This document shows positions 9,828 through 18,650 of a DNA stretch of 64,000 nt, piece by piece. Within the stretch, counting starts at the first letter, position 1, and every line of letters begins with the position of its first letter. The notes under the pieces are model-generated. The model searched no databases. It saw only the letters and a program-made list of their open reading frames with translations, and was not told the DNA's origin. A program made the translations under genes and the position numbers. Source of the stretch: Candidatus Poribacteria bacterium (GTDB lineage Bacteria > Poribacteria > WGA-4E > WGA-3G); contig CAXXUA010000005.1 in NCBI GenBank assembly GCA_963663765.2, positions 1,440,001-1,504,000 on the forward strand, given 5' to 3'.

Positions 9828-10871
9828 CTACGGCATTAAACCCGGTGATTGAAGTCCATCCGTTTCGTCATAGCCGAACATAAGATTAAGGTTTTGCAAC
9901 GCGGCACCCGCCGCACCTTTGCCAAGATTATCCAGTGCTGCCATCGCAACAACGCGGCCTGTTCGGTCATCAACTTCTATTCCGACATCACAATAGTTAC
10001 TACCGAGAACAGATTTTGTCTGCGGATAAACCTCTTTATCAAGAACACGGATGAAAGGTTCATCTTCATAATAGGAAGCGTATATTTCAAGCAGGGATTC
10101 TGTATCAAGCGGTTCAATCAAACTGCCATAGACCGTACTCAGAATACCACGTGTCATCGGAACTAAATGTGGTGTGAAAGTTACAGAAACAGATTCACCC
10201 GCAACAGCACTTAACTCCTGTTCAATCTCTGGTGTATGGCGGTGTTTTCCAATGTTATACGCAACAACATTTGACTCACGATTCGGGAAATGCGTCGAGT
10301 CTTTCGGTTTTGGTCCTGCTCCTGATATACCTGATTTAGAGTCAATGATAATAGTGTCTAATTGGATGAGTTTATTGTTCAACAAAGGCATCGTGGCAAG
10401 GATAGCGCTACTCGGATAGCAACCCGGATTCGCAACAACTTCTGCCTCCCGTATCTTTTCACGGTATCGTTCTGGCAAACCGTAAACAGCATTCGGGATA
10501 AGCTCAGGACTCGTATGCTCAACATGGTACCAGCTGCTATAGGTTTCTGCATCATTTAGACGATAATCTGCACTGAAATCAACGAGACGTAGACCTTGTG
10601 CAACGATCTGCGGTGCAAACGTCATCGCAACTTTATGTGGCACGGCTAAGACAACAACGTCAACACGTTCTTTGAGTGAGTCAATGTCCAACGCTTCAAA
10701 AGTCAGATCAATGAAACCCCGCAGATGTGGCAAGACACTGTCAACACGCTGTCCGGCATAAGTTTCGGATGTCGCAAGTGCCACGCGCAATCCACCGGAA
10801 TGGTTGACCAGAAATCTCACCAACTCACTACCGCCATAACCTGATGCACCAACAATACCTATTCTTGTCAT
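9828..10871 (-). CDS. argC: N-acetyl-gamma-glutamyl-phosphate reductase
   Basis: GASGYGG, DFSADYR, YGLPE, ANPGCY, SGISGAG, HRHTPEI, DNLGKGAAG. Confidence 0.97.
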   Translation of the reverse strand: MTRIGIVGASGYGGSELVRFLVNHSGGLRVALATSETYAGQRVDSVLPHLRGFIDLTFEALDIDSLKERVDVVVLAVPHKVAMTFAPQIVAQGLRLVDFSADYRLNDAETYSSWYHVEHTSPELIPNAVYGLPERYREKIREAEVVANPGCYPSSAILATMPLLNNKLIQLDTIIIDSKSGISGAGPKPKDSTHFPNRESNVVAYNIGKHRHTPEIEQELSAVAGESVSVTFTPHLVPMTRGILSTVYGSLIEPLDTESLLEIYASYYEDEPFIRVLDKEVYPQTKSVLGSNYCDVGIEVDDRTGRVVAMAALDNLGKGAAGAALQNLNLMFGYDETDGLQSPGLMP

Positions 10872-10946
10872 CTTTCTTACCTGTTTGTTTATTCTTACAC
10901 AGATAGTTTAGCAAATAAATTCATTAAAGTCAATGTTTTATGAATG

Positions 10947-11690
10947 GAGTGTGTAAAGTTTTTGCACCATAGACGTCAATTTAAGAACAGGACTTACGCC
11001 CCCGATGGTAGGCGTGCTTTGTAAGCGCACCCCCCGATGGTAGGCGTGCTTTGTAAGCGCGCCCCATAAGCGTCAATTTAAGGATTTTCACCTCTTGTGG
11101 GAGGGGTTTTCAACCCCGAATTTATGCGCTTTTACACTCAAATCGAGGTTAAAACCCCTCCCACAAGAAAAATTACAACAATATTTTCTTAAATTGACGC
11201 CTATGGGTGTGTAAAGTTTTTGCACAGAGGTACAAACTTTTGTTCTCTTTAGTCCCGTAGGGACGCAATGTTTATAGATAGACGTTATCACATCACCTCT
11301 CTTTAGTTCCGTAGGAACGACATAGAAGGATAAACATATCGTCCCAACGGGACTAAAAAGACGTGGGGATATGTATTTCTATAAACATATCGTCCCTACG
11401 GGACTGAAGAATATGGTTAATATTAACAATATTTCTTTATATTGACACCTAATGAAGTTTGACAATCAAAATCGGTAGTTGTATTCGTAGGGGTTGGGTT
11501 CCCCAACCCGTTTGGTTTTTACGTTTGCGTAGATCATGTGTGGAAACCACGCCCCTACGAATACACAACTTGAACGTCAAAACTCATTAGGACTCTTTGT
11601 CCGCAATCTCTCATTTAATCAGTCGCGGCGGGGCAAAGAGACTGCCCTACAATGGAGAGTGGGATGTTTGTGCAAAAACTTTACACACCC
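10947..11690. mobile_element. Nested MITE stack (outer family F containing A, B and G parts and several REP types)
   Basis: Outer TIR G(A/G)GTGTGTAAAGTTTTTGCAC...GTGCAAAAACTTTACACACCC with 9-bp TSD TTATGAATG. Inside: A left end with 2 REP1 (10988), family B 11065-11205, GTAGGGACG/CGTCCCTAC repeats, family G ~11451-11588. Confidence 0.85.
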
Positions 11691-11820
11691 TTATGAATGT
11701 ATGTATGAATGTATGAATGTGTAAATATTTCGACAATTGAATGTCTCTGAAACATACAATTGGACTACTTATGATGAATTGGTGTTACGGTCAATGCGGT
11801 TTCCTAATCCATATTGTCAC

Positions 11821-12780
11821 TTACTTGCTTCCAAGAAGATGAATCAAAATTGCTTTCATGCTATGCAGACGGTTCTCCGACTGCTCAAATATAATTGACC
11901 GCGGATCATCAAGCAACTCATCCGAAATCTCATAACCGCGATGTGCTGGCAAACAATGCATGATGCGACAATCAAGACCATCAAGCAGTGACAGGTTCAA
12001 CTGATACGGTAACATCATGTTGATACGACGTTCCCGCTCCTCAGCGAAGTTCGGATCTGCAAAAAATTCCATATCTATCCAAGTATCTGTATAGACAACA
12101 TCACTTTCCGCAATGACTTCTTGCAGTACCGATACACTATGATCGGCAACTATGGAAACTGCTTTATAACAACCTTTCTGCTCTGCTTCAGACAACAGTT
12201 CTTCATCAACAGCCGCAGGATTAATTTCTGGTGCAATAACAGACACTTCAAGTCCAACCTTCATACCGGCCGCAATTAACGAGTTGCACACATTGTTATG
12301 CACACCGATAAAACAAACCTTCACACCATCCAACATACCGATATGTTCTTGTATCGTCATCAAGTCTCCAAGTGCTTGGGTCGGATGGTATCTATCGCAA
12401 CACCCATTAATTATAGTAACTGAAGATGCTCCGGCTGCATTGCAAATATCAGCATGTTTCAGGAAACGCGCTAAAATACCATCAACGTACGCAGACAGAA
12501 CGCGAATTTCATCGTTGAGATCAGCCAAACCAAAATTCGTTGTTCGCCAGTCTAAATACAGCGGATACCCACCCAGTTGCACAATACCTATTTCACCAGC
12601 ACAACGTGTCCGTGTAGAGGTCTTTTGAAAAAGCAACGCAAGACTTAACCCGCTCGCAGCGTGCCTGTACTTTTCGGGACAATTCTTGATCTTAATACCG
12701 TTTTCTACCGTTTCGAGAATCTCCGTTTCTGACCAATCTTTAAGTGTAACTAAATGCATATCTGCCTCCACAGTGGTCAT
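11821..12780 (-). CDS. argF: Ornithine carbamoyltransferase
   Basis: KTSTRTR, HPTQALGD, NNV, YTDTW, MHCLPA, QSENR. Confidence 0.9.
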   Translation of the reverse strand: MTTVEADMHLVTLKDWSETEILETVENGIKIKNCPEKYRHAASGLSLALLFQKTSTRTRCAGEIGIVQLGGYPLYLDWRTTNFGLADLNDEIRVLSAYVDGILARFLKHADICNAAGASSVTIINGCCDRYHPTQALGDLMTIQEHIGMLDGVKVCFIGVHNNVCNSLIAAGMKVGLEVSVIAPEINPAAVDEELLSEAEQKGCYKAVSIVADHSVSVLQEVIAESDVVYTDTWIDMEFFADPNFAEERERRINMMLPYQLNLSLLDGLDCRIMHCLPAHRGYEISDELLDDPRSIIFEQSENRLHSMKAILIHLLGSK

Positions 12781-12885
12781 ATATTCTGTTATTGTTTAGA
12801 CTTGGGGTAAAAAAGGAAATGGTAATTATAATCTACAATTCGTGCAATGTCAAATGTTTTTTACATGGTTATTCAGTTTTAAGAA

Positions 12886-13967
12886 CAGGACTTACGCAAA
12901 AACTGTAGGCGTGCTTTGTAAGCGCGCGACCAACTGCACTCCAATTGCAGGCGTGCTTTGTAAGCGCGCCACCCAACTGCACCCCAATTGCAGGCGTGCT
13001 TTGTAAGCGCGCCACCCAACTGCCCCCAACTGCAGGCGTGCTTTGTAAGCGCGCAACCAACTGCCCCCCAATTGCAGGCGTGCTTTGTAAGCGCGCCCCG
13101 CACTCACCCGCACTCCCCTGCAGGCGTGCTTTGTAATCGCGCCCCCAACTGCAGGCGTGCTTTGTAAGCGCGCCCCGCACTCACCCGCACTCCCCTGCGG
13201 CGTGCTTTGTAAGCGCGCCCCCTAACTGCACTCCCCTGCAGGCGTGCTTTGTAAGCGCGCCCCATAGGCGTCAATTTAAGGATTTTCACCTCTTGTGGGA
13301 GGGGTTTTCAACCACGATTTTTTAGTGCATTTCCGCTCAAATCGAGGTTGAAAACCCCTCCCACAAGAAAAATGACAACAATATTTTCTTAAATTGACGC
13401 CTATGGTGCTTTGTAATCGCGCCCCGCACTTAACCGCACTCACCCGCAGGCGTGCTTTGTAATCGCGCCCCTCAACTGCAGGCGTGCTTTGTAAGCGCGC
13501 CCCCTAGCTGCACTCCCCTGCAGGCGTGCTTTGTAATCGCGCCCCCCAACTGCAGGCGTGCTTTGTAAGCGCGCCCCCCAACTGTAGGTGTGCTTTGTAA
13601 GCGCGCCCCCAACTGCAGGTGTGCTTTGTAAGCGCGCCCCCAACTGCAGGCGTGCTTTGTAAGCGCGCCCCTCCCCTGCAGGCGTGCTTTGTAATTGCGC
13701 CCCCCAACTGTAGGTGTGCTTTGTAAGCGCGCCCCTCCCCTGCAGGCGTGCTTTGTAATCGCGCCCCCCAACTGTAGGCGTGCTTTGTAAGCGCGCCCCC
13801 AACTGCAGGCGTGCTTTGTAAGCGCGCCCCCAACTGTAGGTGTGCTTTGTAATCGCTCCCCCAACTGCAGGCGTGCTTTGTAAGCGCGCCCCCAACTGCA
13901 GGCGTGCTTTGTAAGCGCGCCGTTGCCAATACTGTGTTTATCGGCGCACTTATAAAGCACGCCTACC
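12886..13967 (+). repeat. Tandem direct array of about 25 REP1 copies behind a MITE A left end
   Basis: G(C/T)AGG(C/T)GTGCTTTGTAA(G/T)CGCGC counted about 25 times with C-rich modular linkers; interrupted by MITE B (13263-13405); closed by one inverted copy at ~13942-13967. Confidence 0.95.
13263..13405. mobile_element. MITE family B (TIR CATAGGCGTCAATTTAAG) with REP3 inverted pair
   Basis: Perfect TIR; internal GTGGGAGGGGTTTTCAAC...GTTGAAAACCCCTCCCAC; homolog at 11065-11205. Confidence 0.85.
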
Positions 13968-14068
13968 GAGATGGGGTATTTAGCACTTGACTTTTTCTTA
14001 AGTTGACACCTATGGGGTCTCTGTGTCCCGCCACAACTAATTAAATAAGAGATTGCGGGAACAGGACC

Positions 14069-14308
14069 CATAGGTGTTGTCATCATAAGGAAATATTGTT
14101 AATATCAACCATACTCTTCAGTCCCTACGGGACTAAATGGTTTTCTTGCTAAGTATTTATTGTGTGTTTCCATTGACGATCTACTACTTAGACAGATGAC
14201 TACTGGGTTCATCAGCATTGGACTTTTATTTTACGCTAAAATTAATTGCCGAAAGAACCACTAAAGAGAACAAAAATTTGTACCTCTGTGCAAAAACTTT
14301 ACACACCC
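14069..14308 (-). mobile_element. Inverted partial copy of the 11205-11450 composite (family F end)
   Basis: ACTAAAGAGAACAAAAATTTGTACCTCTGTGCAAAAACTTTACACACCC is essentially the reverse complement of ~11205-11253; CTTCAGTCCCTACGGGAC matches ~11392-11409 reversed. Confidence 0.75.
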
Positions 14309-14401
14309 GTTACATGGTTATTCAGTTTTCAATTTATTGTGTAATTCTATCACAGTCGTTAGTCCTTGTGTTAACTTGTTTTTGGGTGTTAACTCATTCT
14401 T

Positions 14402-14531
14402 TGTCTGAACCAGGATTTTCAGGATTGCCAGATTATCAAGATTATTCTCATCAAATACTATTTCAAAAGAGAGCATAGACACATATCAAAAACCCTTGAA
14501 GAGGTTAATCCTGAAAATCCTGGTTCAGACA
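14402..14531. repeat. Inverted-repeat element (TGTCTGAACCAGGATTTTCAGGATT)
   Basis: 25-bp perfect inverted ends. Confidence 0.75.
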
Positions 14532-14584
14532 TCTACAAAAAACAACATATATCAGACTAATAGAGTAAGGAATTATATAATTAT

Positions 14585-14613
14585 TTGACTTTATTGGTAA
14601 GATATGATATAAT
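14585..14613 (+). promoter_or_regulatory. Sigma70 promoter of the Rrf2-cys operon
   Basis: TTGACT-17 bp-TATAAT with extended -10 TG; AGGAGG RBS downstream. Confidence 0.75.
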
Positions 14614-14656
14614 TATTGTCACCAAAATAGGTAGGGGTTAATTAGGAGGGAAGTAC

Positions 14657-15094
14657 ATGCATTTGTCAGCTAAACTGAAATATGCAGTGTGTGCAATGTT
14701 AGAACTCGGTTTACAGTATCATAACCAATTCATCTCGGTCACGACGTTAGCAGAAAAACGGTGTATTCCAGGTCCATTTTTAGAGAAATTACTATTACAA
14801 CTCAAACACGCGGGATTAACAACAAGCCGTCGTGGACCTGATGGTGGATATAGTCTCGCACTGCCACCTGAGAAAATCCGCATAGGCGACATCTTTTCCG
14901 CTGTAGAGGGACCAGTCAATTTCACTAAAGGATTTGAAACACAAGAATCTACTGAAATAGGGGAATTCTTTGCTGAGATAGAGAAAGACGTACGCGAGGC
15001 ACTAAATACAAAAACCTTGCAGGAACTCTGTTCCCACGCAAGGAAATGTAAGCAAATGTCGCAACCACCACATCAGCATCCGTTCTTTATATGA
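14657..15094 (+). CDS. Rrf2-family regulator (CymR-like)
   Basis: FLEKLLLQLKHAGL..SRRGPDGGYSLA..IRIGDIFSAVEG; lacks the IscR three-Cys motif; overlaps cysK (ATGA). Confidence 0.9.
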   Translation: MHLSAKLKYAVCAMLELGLQYHNQFISVTTLAEKRCIPGPFLEKLLLQLKHAGLTTSRRGPDGGYSLALPPEKIRIGDIFSAVEGPVNFTKGFETQESTEIGEFFAEIEKDVREALNTKTLQELCSHARKCKQMSQPPHQHPFFI

Positions 15095-16041
15095 AAATCG
15101 CTAAAAACCTGACAAAACTCATCGGAAATACACCGACGGTACGCTTGAACGCGCTTCCAGAGAAACAAGGCGCAACCATCTACGCTAAGTTGGAATCCTA
15201 CAACCCAGGCGGCAGCATAAAAGACCGTATCAGTTTAGGCATGGTCCTTGATGCTGAACAACGGGGTGTCCTCAAACCCGGTGATACTATCGTTGAACCA
15301 ACCGCAGGTAACACAGGAATCGGTCTCTCTATCGTTGGAGTCGCACACGGATACCGTGTCATCTTGACAATGCCAGAATATGTTAGCAGTGAAAAATATG
15401 CACTACTCTCCGCATTCGGAGCAGAAATCATACTGACACCAGAACACGGCGGCATGGCAAGCGCAATATGGGAAGCAGAAGAAATACTACGACGCAATTC
15501 ACGCCATTATATGCCAAACCAATTTACGAATCCTGCTAATCCAAAGATTCATCGTGAAACAACTGCTGTGGAAATCTTAGATACGATTGGAAAAAATATT
15601 GACTATTTAGTCGTCGGTGTAGGAACTGGCGGAACATTAACAGGGGTTGGAGAAGTGCTAAAGGCACATAACCCCAAAACAAAGATTATCGCTGTTGAAC
15701 CTCTTGTCTCTTCTGTCCTTTCTGGTGGCATCCCAGGACCAACGCGAATTGATGGGCTTGGCGCAGGAATGGTTCCAGAGGTATTAAATGTGGACATCAT
15801 CGATGATGTCATCGCAGTTTCTGAAGAAATCTCATATCAGACTATGAAAGACATTTCAATGAAAGAGGGATTGTTAGTCGGAATGTCATCCGGCGCAAAT
15901 GTATATGCCGCTGTACAAGTCGCAAAAGAATTGGCTCCAGACAATACTGTGGTTACAATCCTACCAGATACAGGGGAACGATACTTTAGTTTAAGTCGGT
16001 ATTTCGAACTTGAAACCGATATAATGGATACACTCACATAA
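15091..16041 (+). CDS. cysK: Cysteine synthase
   Basis: IGNTP, KLESYNPGGSIKDR, EPTAGNTG, GVGTGGT, PDTGERY. Confidence 0.93.
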   Translation: MKIAKNLTKLIGNTPTVRLNALPEKQGATIYAKLESYNPGGSIKDRISLGMVLDAEQRGVLKPGDTIVEPTAGNTGIGLSIVGVAHGYRVILTMPEYVSSEKYALLSAFGAEIILTPEHGGMASAIWEAEEILRRNSRHYMPNQFTNPANPKIHRETTAVEILDTIGKNIDYLVVGVGTGGTLTGVGEVLKAHNPKTKIIAVEPLVSSVLSGGIPGPTRIDGLGAGMVPEVLNVDIIDDVIAVSEEISYQTMKDISMKEGLLVGMSSGANVYAAVQVAKELAPDNTVVTILPDTGERYFSLSRYFELETDIMDTLT

Positions 16042-16069
16042 AGAGAGAACAAATAGGAATTATTACCGC

Positions 16070-16828
16070 ATGACCCTTCAAATTCAAAATGCTGCAATGA
16101 TGAAATTGAGACAGCAGCTAAACATGACAGAAAATCCGCAAGAGATACTCTTTTCTCTCTTTAAGCGATTCAAAGATCGAGCAGCAATAGTTACAAGTGG
16201 ACAACTCTCAGGAATGGTGCAAATCCATCTCGCCGCTGAAAATAAACTCCCTTTTCGTGTCTGCACTATTGATACGCTCCGACTCTTTCCAGAAACTTAC
16301 GCTTTTTTTGATCAAGTTGAAAAACGTTACGGTATCCAAATCGAGCGCATCCAACCGGACACTACTGTAGTCAACAAAATGGTCACAGAACACGGTGAAT
16401 TCCTGTTTTTCGACAGCAAAACTAAACAGAAACTATGTTGTGATATCCGAAAGATTAAACCTATGCAGCAGCTTTTAGATTCATTAGATGTTTGGATAAC
16501 TGGATTACGAAGAGACCAATCTAATACCCGACAAAATTTTCAAAAGGTGGAAATCTTATCATCTACAACACGGCCTATTCTAAAGGTTAGTCCATTAATT
16601 CACTGGACTACAGAACAAGTGTGGGAATATGTACGTGAAAACGATATACCCGTGAATCCACTATTTACTCCGGATGCACACGGACAATACTTTGAATCAC
16701 TCGGATGTATCACCTGCACTACAAGAATCCGACCAGGTGAACCAAAGCGAGCAGGAAGATGGCGATGGCAAAACGCTATAGACAACGAAGATAACAATAA
16801 AGAGTGTGGATTACATTACGCTATATAA
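16070..16828 (+). CDS. cysH: APS/PAPS reductase ([4Fe-4S] APS-reductase type)
   Basis: DTLRLFPETY, CC..RK, WITGLRRDQS, SLGCITCT, RAGRW, ECGLH. Confidence 0.92.
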   Translation: MTLQIQNAAMMKLRQQLNMTENPQEILFSLFKRFKDRAAIVTSGQLSGMVQIHLAAENKLPFRVCTIDTLRLFPETYAFFDQVEKRYGIQIERIQPDTTVVNKMVTEHGEFLFFDSKTKQKLCCDIRKIKPMQQLLDSLDVWITGLRRDQSNTRQNFQKVEILSSTTRPILKVSPLIHWTTEQVWEYVRENDIPVNPLFTPDAHGQYFESLGCITCTTRIRPGEPKRAGRWRWQNAIDNEDNNKECGLHYAI

Positions 16829-16873
16829 CAAAAAAACAAGATAGTGGATTTTTCCGCTATAATCTTATATGAA

Positions 16874-16991
16874 CAGGACTTACGCAAAAACGGTAGGCGT
16901 GCTTTGTAAGCGCGCTGGAAACCTATAAAAATACTGATAATTATATCATTTTCATATTCTTGATTTAATCAAGAATAATGCGTAAGTCCTA
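16874..16991. mobile_element. MITE family A
   Basis: TIRs, REP1, 5-bp TSD ATGAA. Confidence 0.9.
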
Positions 16992-17037
16992 ATGAAAAAA
17001 CACGGTGTCAGAAATCTGACCCAACAATGGAGGAAAC

Positions 17038-17313
17038 ATGGCTGTTATAGTTCGTATCCCAACGCCGCTAAGACGGTTGACACAGAACCTCGCAGAGGTC
17101 GAAACTGAAGGTACTAATATACAAACCATCATTGAAAATTTGGACACAAATTATCCAGGAATGAAAGAACGGATTTGCGATGATGCCGGTAAAATACGCA
17201 GATTCGTAAATATCTACCTCAACGACGAGGATATCCGTTTTCTTGATGGAATAGAAACATCTGTCACAGATGGTGCAGAAATCTCAATAATACCCGCAAT
17301 CGCAGGCGGCTAA
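17038..17313 (+). CDS. MoaD/ThiS/CysO-family ubiquitin-like sulfur carrier
   Basis: VRIPTPLR, RRFVNIYLNDEDIRFL, C-terminal PAIAGG. Confidence 0.9.
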   Translation: MAVIVRIPTPLRRLTQNLAEVETEGTNIQTIIENLDTNYPGMKERICDDAGKIRRFVNIYLNDEDIRFLDGIETSVTDGAEISIIPAIAGG

Positions 17314-17357
17314 ATGCTTATGCCATTGCTAATTGATAATGCCTCTTTTTTGAGCAT

Positions 17358-17573
17358 CAAACTTTATGAAGATTAATTTATTAATTCGGTAATAAATATT
17401 CCTACACGGTAGGCGGGGAATGCCTAAATGGCATTCATACCCGGGAAATGCCTAAATGGCAATCATACCGTTGATTACTTGATTTGGTGCTTTGTAAGCG
17501 CGCTGTTGGAACTTGAAGTGCCGGCGTGCTTACAAAGCACACCTACCAGGGTGGGTTAGATAAAATTACCTAA
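17358..17573. mobile_element. MITE family C, left part (REP1 inverted pair plus micro-insert); right part apparently at 25473-25502
   Basis: CAAACTTTATGAAGATTAAT end; similar to the reverse of the 56523-56793 copy; breaks off at CTGACATTTTTCA. Confidence 0.7.
17415..17486 (+). repeat. Micro-insert (2 hairpin units + 2 octamers) inside REP1
   Basis: GTAGGC|GGGGAATGCCTAAATGGCATTCATACC...TTGATTTG|GTGCTTTGTAAGCGCGC. Confidence 0.9.
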
Positions 17574-17740
17574 CTGACATTTTTCAGATTAGCAGAGAAT
17601 CCGCTAAATATCACTACAACGAGGGTTTTGAACCATCAAAATGCGAATATTTTGAGAAGTTGACTTGATTTTATACACATGAAATGTCATCCTATATTAT
17701 AAAATTTCACTTTATTTGATTATATTTAGGAGGACAACTC

Positions 17741-18337
17741 ATGAATCATCAGATTATCACATCTTTACAGTTTTTTCAACATCTTCTTATTTCTCGTTTT
17801 CGTCGTATTAGATCACAAATCATTGACACTTTACTTTTGTTATCCGTTTGTCATCTTTTTGGTCTGTATAATCCGAACCAAGTTGCGGATGCGTTGACAT
17901 ATCCAAAAACGGGTTTTTATCGTGATCTTCACTCAATGAGCCAGTATCACTGGAAACGCTTGAATGTGCGGCTCGGGTGTGCTATGGCACTTGATTTGAT
18001 CAAAGATACTGAAGCCAAGAGTGCTTCAACACAATCGCGTCGGTGTATTACCATCAGTGTAGATGACAGTAATGTGGATAGATATGGAAAAACAATAGCT
18101 TACTGTTCAAACTGGTGGTCTAAAAAACACAATAACACCATTTGGGGGCAGAACATATTAGGCATCACGATCAAGATTGGTGATGTGGTAATTCCACTCA
18201 ATACGCGCCTTGTTTCAAAACAAGGGCGTGGTAATACAAAGAAACCGGTTCTTTTTGTTGCCATGATGGAAGAAGTGTTAGATTTCTTTGATGCACAAGA
18301 CCAAGACAAGGAAATTGATAACATGTTGTTTATATAA
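17741..18337 (+). pseudogene. DDE transposase (IS4/IS701-like), N-terminal fragment
   Basis: ISVDDS first acidic motif, WWSKKH..GQNILG; truncated near codon 185; putative left TIR CTGACATTTTTCA at 17574. Confidence 0.75.
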
Positions 18338-18650
18338 TATTTTGGTCGAATACAGCACGATAATAATGTATATTTGTTGTTGACAAATGGGTTGATGTTA
18401 TATTGTTTTCCAGGTGTGTTTAGGTTTTGATAAGGTGAGTTATCAAAATGTAATATAGCATAGATCTAAGGGAAATATAAAATAAATCAACAGAAAAGAA
18501 TTCACAAATGCCAGAACGCGGTGCAATCTCAAGGTATAAGGAAACTGACCGTTCTGAAGTCTAAAAAGTTTACGTCTAACTAATTAGCAGCCAACAATCT
18601 GTAGTGCGAAACCTAACAATCACTACTAATTAGTCGTGTGAATTCCGCTG

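Noticed and set aside
12886-13967. CRISPR array
   Set aside because: Linkers are short (about 7-25 nt), low-complexity and reused. The repeat is a GTAG-type REP also dispersed singly, and there are no cas genes in the window.
12869-14086. Overlapping ORFs with GRAYKARLQ / ALTKHAC repeats
   Set aside because: Translations of the REP array in several frames; no RBS or coding signal.
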